Origin: Thermoplasmatota archaeon
GTDB taxonomy: Archaea; Thermoplasmatota; Thermoplasmata; UBA10834
DNA length: 64,000 nucleotides
Assembly (NCBI GenBank): GCA_040751795.1
Contig: JBFMHR010000001.1
Location: 256,001 to 320,000, forward strand
Direction: 5' to 3'
Shown: in pieces, positions 56,840 to 64,000 of the stretch
Position numbering within the stretch: the first letter of the stretch is position 1
How the letters are laid out: every line of letters begins with the position of its first letter
Translations under genes and position numbers: made by a program
Notes under the pieces: generated by a model
The model's database searches: none
Told to the model about the DNA's origin: nothing
What the model saw: only the letters and a program-made list of their open reading frames with translations

Positions 56840-57756
56840 AGGCGGGCAGCAACCTCGAGAAGGTATTCGAGTCGGGCAGGTTCGCCGTCACCGCGGAGAT
56901 AGGACCGCCCCAGTCAGCCAACCCCGACCCGCTCGTCCACCACGCCAAGATGCTCAGGGGAGCGGCCGATGCGTTCAACCTCACAGACAACCAGACCGCG
57001 GTCGTCAGGCTCTCCAGCATCGCGAGCGCGGTGCTCATAATGAGGGAGGGCATCGAGCCCGTCATACAGATGACCTGCAGGGACAGGAACAGGATCGCGC
57101 TGCAGAGCGACCTCCTCGGCGCGAGCGCGCTCGGGATCAGGAACGTGCTCTGCCTCACCGGCGACCACCAGACCTTCGGGAACGAGAAGGGGGCGAAGAG
57201 CGTCTTCGACTTCGACTCGATATCCGAGCTCCAGGTCTTCGACAGGCTGAGGCGCGAGGGGAAGCAGCCCGGGGGCCAGGAGATCAAGGACCCGCCGAAG
57301 GTGTACCTCGGCTGCGCCGAGAACCCCTTCGCCACCCCCTACGAGTGGAGGGCGGCCAGGCTCGCCAAGAAGGTGGCGGCCGGCGCCGACTTCGTCCAGA
57401 CCCAGGCCATATTCGACATGGACATGTTCGAGAAGTGGATGGACGAGGTGAGGGCGAGGGGCCTCGACAAGAAGGTGCACATCCTCGCAGGGGTCATACC
57501 GATGAAGACCGCGGGCGCCGCCAGGTACATGAAAAACAAGGTGCCCGGGATGATAGTCCCCAACCACATCATAGACAGGATGAAGAACGCGAAGGACGCC
57601 AAGGAGGAGGGGATCAGGCTCTGCATCGAGCAGATCGAGACCCTCAAGAACATCAAGGGCGTCCACGGCGTGCACATCATGGCGGTGATGTGGGAGGAGA
57701 TGGTCCCGAGGATAGTCCAGGAGGCCGGGCTGATGCCCAGGCCCTCCTTCGAGTGA
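56836..57756 (+). CDS. metF: Methylene-THF reductase
   Basis: VTAEIGPP, TDN, CRDRNRIALQSD, LTGD, QTQ, GVHIM. Confidence 0.94.
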   Translation: MKAGSNLEKVFESGRFAVTAEIGPPQSANPDPLVHHAKMLRGAADAFNLTDNQTAVVRLSSIASAVLIMREGIEPVIQMTCRDRNRIALQSDLLGASALGIRNVLCLTGDHQTFGNEKGAKSVFDFDSISELQVFDRLRREGKQPGGQEIKDPPKVYLGCAENPFATPYEWRAARLAKKVAAGADFVQTQAIFDMDMFEKWMDEVRARGLDKKVHILAGVIPMKTAGAARYMKNKVPGMIVPNHIIDRMKNAKDAKEEGIRLCIEQIETLKNIKGVHGVHIMAVMWEEMVPRIVQEAGLMPRPSFE

Positions 57757-57768
57757 GAGGACGGAACG

Positions 57769-59433
57769 ATGGCCTCGGCGGAGTTCGGAGCGCTCAACGA
57801 CGCGATGGTCAGGGAGCTCTTCAGGCTGAACCCTGACGCCGGCACGAGGTTCGGGCTCCACGACCCCTACGACGGGATGCTGCCCCACGGCGGGTTCCGG
57901 CGCCTCGAGAAGACGGCCGACCTCTTCACCGAATGGCTGAGGAGGGCGGAGAAGGCCGCCTCGTCCGAGGAGCTCGACTTCGATGAGAGGACCTCGATGG
58001 AGGTCCTCAGGATGACCGAGGGACTGGTCAGGTTCGCGAGGGACGACTACCCCCTCTGGCAGATCTACCCCGAGGCGACGGAGGTCCCCGGGGCCGCGCT
58101 GCTCCTGATGCTCGCGAGGGACTACGCGACCCCCGGCGAGAAGGCGGCGTGGGTCTCGTCCAGGATCGGGGAGGTCCCGCGCTACCTGGAGGAGTACAGG
58201 ACCAGGTTCAGGCCCGGCAGGCCCGCGAAGGAGTGGGCGTCCATGGCGGCCGAGGCCGCCAAGGGCTTCCCGCAGTTCCTCGAGTACCTGGGGAAGCACT
58301 ACGCAGGCGACGCCGCTGGGCGCGTCGGGGCCGAGCTCTCGAAGAACGTGGCCCGGGCCGTCGAGGCCATGGACGAGCACCTGGAGTGGGTCGTGAGCCT
58401 CGAGGAGCACGCCTCTCCAGGGTTCGCGATGGGACCCGAAAGGCTCGGGAAGCTCCTAAGGCTGAGGGGGTTCGGGTCCACGCCCGAGCAGGTCCTGGCG
58501 TTCGGGGAGTCCTCGCTCAGGCAGCTCAAGGCCGAGAGGGACCGCGTCGGCTCCGAGATGGCGCGGGGAGGGCCGCTGGAGGACGCCGTGGAGGTGATAC
58601 GGTCCGACTCCCCGCCCGACTTCGACGCGGCGTTCGCGGAGACCAGGGCGGAGGTCGAGAGGGCCAAGAGGTTCGTCATCGACAACGACATCGCGACCCT
58701 CGACTACGACGCGCGGCTCCACGTGCTCGAGACACCCAGCTTCATGGCCAGCACGGTCACCTCGGCCGCGCTCGAGATGGCGGCGCCGTTCGAGGAGAGG
58801 CAGCAGGGCGTGCTGATGCTCACGAGGGTCTCCGGGGAGGCGCTAAGGGACCAGTACTCCAGGGCGTCGATAGGCAACCTGGCGGTGCACGAGGCGTTCC
58901 CGGGCCACTTCCACCAGGGGGTCATGTCCAACCGGATGCCGTGGATGCACCAGCTCTCTCTGATGCCCATCGAGCCGGACACCATGGTCCCCTCCTGGGA
59001 GACACAGGAGGGGTGGGGGATGTACTGCGAGAAGATGATGCTGGACCGCGGGTTCAGGACCTCCCCCTCTGACACCCACGCGATGCTCGACTACGCCATA
59101 TGGAGGGCATGCAGGATCGTCTACGACGTCAAGCTCGCGAGGGGCGACGCGACCGTGGACGAGATGGTCCGGATGTTCGAGAGGGAGACAGGCTCGCCGC
59201 ACGACGTCGTGAGGGCGGAGGTCCTCGGCTTCTCAAGGAACCCCGGCTACGGGCTATCGTACCTCACGGGCCGGCAGATGGTCTTCGACCTGAAGAGGGA
59301 CCTGGTCGGGGAGCTCGGGGGCTCCTTCAGCGAGAAGCGGTTCCACGACCTCGTGGCCCTCAACGGCAACCTGCCCTTCCACCTTGCGGGCAGGGCGGTC
59401 AGGCGCGGGTTCGGGCTGGCCGCGGGCGCCTGA
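57769..59433 (+). CDS. DUF885 family protein (putative metallopeptidase)
   Basis: GLHDPYD, HEAFPGHFHQ, EGWGMYCE, WRACRI, PGYGLSYLTG, FHD. Confidence 0.82.
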   Translation: MASAEFGALNDAMVRELFRLNPDAGTRFGLHDPYDGMLPHGGFRRLEKTADLFTEWLRRAEKAASSEELDFDERTSMEVLRMTEGLVRFARDDYPLWQIYPEATEVPGAALLLMLARDYATPGEKAAWVSSRIGEVPRYLEEYRTRFRPGRPAKEWASMAAEAAKGFPQFLEYLGKHYAGDAAGRVGAELSKNVARAVEAMDEHLEWVVSLEEHASPGFAMGPERLGKLLRLRGFGSTPEQVLAFGESSLRQLKAERDRVGSEMARGGPLEDAVEVIRSDSPPDFDAAFAETRAEVERAKRFVIDNDIATLDYDARLHVLETPSFMASTVTSAALEMAAPFEERQQGVLMLTRVSGEALRDQYSRASIGNLAVHEAFPGHFHQGVMSNRMPWMHQLSLMPIEPDTMVPSWETQEGWGMYCEKMMLDRGFRTSPSDTHAMLDYAIWRACRIVYDVKLARGDATVDEMVRMFERETGSPHDVVRAEVLGFSRNPGYGLSYLTGRQMVFDLKRDLVGELGGSFSEKRFHDLVALNGNLPFHLAGRAVRRGFGLAAGA

Positions 59434-59488
59434 AGGCGTCGTCGCAAACATCATGCACCCCTACCGCATGTCCCGTCACGGTGTTCGC

Positions 59489-61147
59489 ATGGCAGTAGAC
59501 GCCTTCGACGAGCTCAACGAGCGCATGTTCAAGAGGCTGCTGGACCTGAAGCCGGAGGTCGGCACGGTCATCGGCCTGCACGACCCGTACGACATGCTCA
59601 TGCCCCATGGCGGACTGGAGGACCTTACCGGCGCGTACGACCTTCTCAGGGAGTGGCGCTCCGCCGCAGCCGAAGTCGCATCCAGGCAGGAGCTGTCGCT
59701 GGACCAGTCGCTGTCGATGAAGATACTCGACGCCTCGATCGAGATGCTCAGGTTCGCGATAGAGGACCACCAGATGTGGAGGATGTACCCGAACGCCGTC
59801 GACGGCATCGGGGGCCTCGCGTTCATCATGTTCTCGAGGGAGTACGCGCCCGTCGAGTCCAGGGCGAGGGGCGTCGCGGCGAGGCTGAAGCTGGTGCCCA
59901 AGTACCTCAAGGAGTTCGAGTCCAGGTTCGAAGACGGGAGGCCCGTCAAGCTCTGGACCGAGGAGGCGATCGACTCGTGCGACCAGGTCCCCGCGTTCCT
60001 GACGTTCATCGAGTCCGCGTGGAAGGGCCAGGTCTCCCCCGGGACGGCGAGTGACCTGGGCGAAGGGGTCCGTGCGGCGAACGAAGCCATCAAGGCCCAC
60101 AAGGAGTGGCTGCAGGGGCTGCTCAGGACCGCCGCCCCCGACTTCGCAATGGGGCGCGAGAGGTTCGAGAGGCTCCTCAAGGTGAGGGGCCTCGGCATGA
60201 CGGGCGACGAGATACTCCGCCTTGGCGAGAAGTACCTCCACGACCTCAAGGCCGAGCGGGCCGCGGTCGCGGACAGGATCTCAGGGGGCAAGGGGCTGGA
60301 GGAGGCCAAGAGGATCGTCGAGGCCGACTGCCCCAGGACCTTCGAGGAGGGGCTGGAGGCCACGAGGCGGGAGATGGAGTCGGCGAAGAGGTTCATCATC
60401 GAGAACGAAATCGCCACCGTCGACGAGAGCGGCGTCCTGAAGGTCGTCGAGACGCCCGACTTCCTCAGGCCCCTGTTCCCCTATGCGGCCCTCATGATGT
60501 CGTCCAAGTTCGACCCGGTGCAGGAGGGGGCCTACATCGTCACGAGGCCAGAGGACCCGAAGGACCTGGCCAAGCACCTCAACCACGCATCCATCATCAA
60601 CACCGCCGTGCACGAGGCGTTCCCGGGGCACTTCCACCAGGGCGTGCGCTCCAACAAGAGGCACTGGATGCTGCAGCTGCACCACATGGTGAGCGGGAAC
60701 GACACGATATCCACCTCCGCCGAGACGGTCGAGGGCTGGGCGCACTACTGCGAGAAGATGATGTTCGAGCGCGGGTACAAGGCAACCGACGCGGCCGCGC
60801 TCGAGACGCTGAACGGGGCGATATGGCGCGCGTACAGGATCATCGCCGACATCAAGCTCGCGCGGGGCGAGGCGACGGTCGAGGAGATGGTCCGGTTCGG
60901 GATGGAGGAGGCCGGGATGCCGAGGGCGGCCGCCGAGGCCGAGGTGAAGAGGTACACCCACACCCCCGGGCAGGCGCTGTCCTACCTCGTAGGCAGGCAC
61001 ATGCTCATAGAGTTCAGGAAGGACATGGAGCGCGAGCTGGGGGCGGCGTTCGACGAGAAGAGGTTCCACGACCTCGTCGCGGGCTACGGCTACCTGCCCA
61101 TGCCACTGATGATGGAAGGCGTCAGGGCGGGGATGAAGCAGGGCTGA
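59489..61147 (+). CDS. DUF885 family protein, paralog 2
   Basis: GLHDPYD, HEAFPGHFHQ, EGWAHYCE, PGQALSYLVG, FHD. Confidence 0.82.
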   Translation: MAVDAFDELNERMFKRLLDLKPEVGTVIGLHDPYDMLMPHGGLEDLTGAYDLLREWRSAAAEVASRQELSLDQSLSMKILDASIEMLRFAIEDHQMWRMYPNAVDGIGGLAFIMFSREYAPVESRARGVAARLKLVPKYLKEFESRFEDGRPVKLWTEEAIDSCDQVPAFLTFIESAWKGQVSPGTASDLGEGVRAANEAIKAHKEWLQGLLRTAAPDFAMGRERFERLLKVRGLGMTGDEILRLGEKYLHDLKAERAAVADRISGGKGLEEAKRIVEADCPRTFEEGLEATRREMESAKRFIIENEIATVDESGVLKVVETPDFLRPLFPYAALMMSSKFDPVQEGAYIVTRPEDPKDLAKHLNHASIINTAVHEAFPGHFHQGVRSNKRHWMLQLHHMVSGNDTISTSAETVEGWAHYCEKMMFERGYKATDAAALETLNGAIWRAYRIIADIKLARGEATVEEMVRFGMEEAGMPRAAAEAEVKRYTHTPGQALSYLVGRHMLIEFRKDMERELGAAFDEKRFHDLVAGYGYLPMPLMMEGVRAGMKQG

Positions 61148-61149
61148 CC

Positions 61150-62355
61150 ATGGACAAGGGGACGAGGACGATCGTCGTCATAGCGGGCCTCACGTTCCTG
61201 GCCATGTTCAACCTCACGTTCATAGTGCCCTCGCTGAAGGAGTTCATCATCGACGGCTACGACTCCACCCCCACCATGGCCTCCCTCTTCGTCACCGTCG
61301 AGATGCTGGCTTACGTGATATTCGGCGTGGTCTGGGGGGCGGTCTCCGACCGGCGCGGGGAGAGGCGCATATTCATCGTGATCGGGTTCTTCGGCTCCGC
61401 CCTGCTGTACTACACCATGAGCCTCGCGCCCGACATAGGCGCCCTCATGGCGCTGAGGTTCGCGCAGGGTGCCCTGACGGTGATGGCCTGGTCCCTCCTG
61501 ATGACCCTCGCCCTGGACATCGCGCACGCGCGCAGCATCGGCGCGGCCATGGGCATAGTCGGCAGCGGGCTCGCCCTCGGGATAGGCTTCGGCGCCCCCA
61601 TCGGCGGTTTCGTAGGCGACATCGGGCCGCTCTACCCGCTGTACGTGGCCTCGGGGCTGTTCGTCGCCGCGGCAGTGGCCGCCTTCGTCCTCCTCGAGGA
61701 CGTCCCGATAAGGAACAGGCCCGAGTCGATCGTGGTGTCGTTCCGGTGCATCGCCAGGGACAGGCGCGCCCTCCCGCCGTTCCTCTTCGGGTTCGCCGAG
61801 AGGTTCAGCGCCGGCTACCTCGTCTTCCTGCTGCCCCTGTACCTCGCCTACGAGTTCGGCGCGGAACCCTCCGAGAGGGGCATGTACCTCGCGGCGTTCC
61901 TCCTGCCCTTCGCGATACTGCAGTACCCATTCGGGAAGCTCTCGGACAGGCACAGCAGGACCAGGATGCTCGCCGTCGGGGGGTTCGCCTACGCCGCGAT
62001 GCTGGCCCTCCTCGGCTACACCAGCCAGGCGGGGATGGTCGTCCTGATGGCGACGTCTGGCGCCCTCGCGGCGATGCTGCTCCCTGCGAGCCTGGGCCTG
62101 CTCGGCGAGCTCGCCCCCAAGGGGGAGCACGCGACCTACATGGGCGGGTTCAACGCGATGGGCTCCCTGGGGTTCGCGGTCGCCCCGCCGCTCGCGACGG
62201 TGCTCTCCGAGTGGGGGGGATACCCCCTCTCCCTCGCCGTCGGAGGGGGCGTGGTCGCGGCGACCGTCGCTCTCTCCCTGCCGTTCATGGGGTCCCTCCG
62301 CGGACCGGGCCGACCGATGGACCAGGAGGGGCACACGCGGAAGGCGCACCGCTAA
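61150..62355 (+). CDS. MFS transporter
   Basis: ~12 hydrophobic helices, GAVSDRRGERR, LRFAQG, GKLSDR. Confidence 0.88.
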   Translation: MDKGTRTIVVIAGLTFLAMFNLTFIVPSLKEFIIDGYDSTPTMASLFVTVEMLAYVIFGVVWGAVSDRRGERRIFIVIGFFGSALLYYTMSLAPDIGALMALRFAQGALTVMAWSLLMTLALDIAHARSIGAAMGIVGSGLALGIGFGAPIGGFVGDIGPLYPLYVASGLFVAAAVAAFVLLEDVPIRNRPESIVVSFRCIARDRRALPPFLFGFAERFSAGYLVFLLPLYLAYEFGAEPSERGMYLAAFLLPFAILQYPFGKLSDRHSRTRMLAVGGFAYAAMLALLGYTSQAGMVVLMATSGALAAMLLPASLGLLGELAPKGEHATYMGGFNAMGSLGFAVAPPLATVLSEWGGYPLSLAVGGGVVAATVALSLPFMGSLRGPGRPMDQEGHTRKAHR

Positions 62356-62366
62356 CCCGTCAGTAA

Positions 62367-62384
62367 GGAAAACGGTTATAACGG
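62367..62384 (+). promoter_or_regulatory. BRE/TATA promoter of purH
   Basis: GGAAAACGGTTATAACGG ~85 nt upstream of ATG. Confidence 0.55.
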
Positions 62385-62463
62385 TCCAACCGATACCTTC
62401 GCCGCACACCCGATGCCCGTTGCGGAAAGGGATGCGCAATAGGTACGATGGAGCGTATACCGC

Positions 62464-64000
62464 ATGAGCAAGATCAAGAGAGCCCTGGTCAGCGTTTCTG
62501 ACAAGACAGGCCTGGTCGAGTTCGCCAAGGGCCTTTCGGAGCTGGGGGTAGAAATACTCTCGACCGGAGGGACCGCCACCCTGCTCGAGAAGAGCGGCGT
62601 CCCGGTGATGGGCGTCTCGGAGGTCACCAAGTTCCCCGAGATGCTCGACGGGAGGGTGAAGACCCTGCACCCGGCCATCCACGGCGGGCTGCTGGCGATG
62701 AGGGAGAAGCCGGAGCACATGGAGGCCATCAGGAAGCACGGCATAGAGCCGATCGACATGGTCGTCGTCAACCTCTACCCGTTCGAGTCGACCGTGGCGA
62801 AGGCGGGCGTGAAGCTCGAGGACGCCATCGAGAACATCGACATTGGCGGCCCGTCCATGATCAGGTCCGCGGCGAAGAACCACTCGTCCGTGGCCGTCGT
62901 CGTGAACCCGGCCCAGTACGGGCAGATCCTGACCGAGCTGAGGGAGAACGACTGCAAGCTCTCCCACGAGACCAGGACCATGCTGGCCCTGGAAGCGTTC
63001 CGCGCCACCGCGAGGTACGACTCCGCCATTGCCTCGTACCTTGGCAAGCAGTTCTCGACGGAGCTGTTCCCCAGGAACCTCACCCTGTCGTTCGAGAAGC
63101 TCAGCGACCTCAGGTACGGCGAGAACCCGCACCAGAAGGCCGCGTTCTACAGGGACCTGTTCGAACAGACCCCGCTCAGCGTCGCCGCGGCCGAGAAGAT
63201 GCACGGGAAGGAGATCTCCTACTGCAACGTCCTGGACCTCGACGCCGCGCTGGCGATCGTGTCGGACTTCGAGAAGCCCACCGTCGCGGTCATCAAGCAC
63301 ACCAACCCCTCGGGCGTCGCGAGCGCCGCGACCATGGCCGAGGCGTTCAGGGTCGCGTACAACGCCGACTCGCTCAGCGCCTTCGGGTGCGTCGTCGGCC
63401 TCAACAGGCAGGTCGACCTCGAGACCGCGAAGGAGATCGCGAGCCACTTCGTCGAGGCGGTCATCGCGCCAGGGTACGACCCGGACGCGGAGAAACTCCT
63501 CGAGGAGAAGAAGAGCATCAGGCTCCTCAGGACCAACATGCCCATCAGGCGCGAGGAGGGCAGGAGGTTCATGGCCAAGGTCAAGGGCGGCCTCCTGGTC
63601 CAGACGGACCCCTACGCCGACCTCGACCCGTCGAAGCTGAAGGTCGTGACCAAGCGCGTGCCGTCCAAGGAGGAGCTCGAGGCGATGGTCTTCGGGGCGA
63701 AGGTCTGCAGGCACATCAAGTCCAACACGATCCTGCTCGTCAAGGGCGAGAGGACCGTCGGCGTCGGGGCCGGCCAGATGAGCCGGGTCGACGCGACGAC
63801 CATAGCGGGCATGAAGGCGGGGCCGGAGGCGAAGGGCTCGATACTCATCTCGGACGCGTTCTTCCCGTTCAGGGACGGCGTGGACGCGGCCGCGAAGGTC
63901 GGGGTCTCGGCCATCGTTCAGCCCGGCGGGTCCGTGAGGGACGACGAGGCGATCGCCGCGGCGGACGAGCACGGCATGTCGATGGTCTTCAGCGGGCTGA
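62464..64000 (+). CDS. purH: Bifunctional AICAR transformylase/IMP cyclohydrolase, 3' end beyond window edge
   Basis: Not in track. MSKIKRALVSVSDKTG, STGGT, GRVKTLHP, IDIGGP, RYGENPHQ, KHTNP, SDAFFPF. Confidence 0.95.
   Translation, partial: MSKIKRALVSVSDKTGLVEFAKGLSELGVEILSTGGTATLLEKSGVPVMGVSEVTKFPEMLDGRVKTLHPAIHGGLLAMREKPEHMEAIRKHGIEPIDMVVVNLYPFESTVAKAGVKLEDAIENIDIGGPSMIRSAAKNHSSVAVVVNPAQYGQILTELRENDCKLSHETRTMLALEAFRATARYDSAIASYLGKQFSTELFPRNLTLSFEKLSDLRYGENPHQKAAFYRDLFEQTPLSVAAAEKMHGKEISYCNVLDLDAALAIVSDFEKPTVAVIKHTNPSGVASAATMAEAFRVAYNADSLSAFGCVVGLNRQVDLETAKEIASHFVEAVIAPGYDPDAEKLLEEKKSIRLLRTNMPIRREEGRRFMAKVKGGLLVQTDPYADLDPSKLKVVTKRVPSKEELEAMVFGAKVCRHIKSNTILLVKGERTVGVGAGQMSRVDATTIAGMKAGPEAKGSILISDAFFPFRDGVDAAAKVGVSAIVQPGGSVRDDEAIAAADEHGMSMVFSGL

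Noticed and set aside
62385-62463. ZTP or THF riboswitch upstream of purH (also looked at fhs/folD)
   Set aside because: Only short imperfect hairpins; no recognisable aptamer consensus
5216-63972. Very long alternative ORFs (e.g. 5216..7894, 24556..26838, 30085..32544, 61090..63972)
   Set aside because: Shadow frames of real genes in GC-rich DNA; Arg/Gly/Pro-rich or antisense translations with no motifs
1-64000. tRNA/rRNA genes, CRISPR arrays, transposases, prophage or defence genes
   Set aside because: None recognised; intergenic gaps are short and no repeat-spacer structure was seen by eye

Overview
High-GC archaeal chromosomal segment. Evidence for an archaeon: exosome Csl4, Nob1, METTL5-type methylase, geranylgeranyl reductase, TATA/BRE promoters, GGTGA-type Shine-Dalgarno sites, and frequent AGG-Arg/ATA-Ile codons. 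Gene content suggests a Thermoplasmata-like lineage (inference). About 58 CDSs; no rRNA, tRNA, CRISPR or mobile element was recognised. Main blocks: (1) peptide ABC transporter oppABCDF; (2) a Rab-like small GTPase heading an RNA-processing/sulfur-relay run (METTL5, csl4, glyA-like, thiF/ubaA, short thiI, nob1); (3) a menaquinone-type cluster (GGR, menG-like, polyprenyl synthase, menA) next to a complex I/Fpo-like operon with no NuoEFG/FpoF, whose I subunit is expanded to six 4Fe-4S motifs; (4) B12 radical SAM, mobB, a lone hdrD-like gene, alkD, lrp, uppS, a methanogenesis-marker-11-like gene and kptA; (5) an ~18-kb C1/acetate island with a tetrahydrofolate-type methyl branch (fdhA, fhs, folD, metV, metF), acsA, beta-carbonic anhydrase and an oxalate/formate-type antiporter; (6) tandem DUF885 genes, an MFS transporter and partial purH. 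The best candidate for a poorly described system is block 5: both Fdh and MetVF sit behind their own HdrA-HdrA-MvhD module, with no hdrB/hdrC. Other oddities are apparent CTG start codons, an in-frame amber in a zinc-ribbon gene, and a recurrent AAACCC motif after stop codons. All assignments come from motif recognition by eye; no database searches were run.
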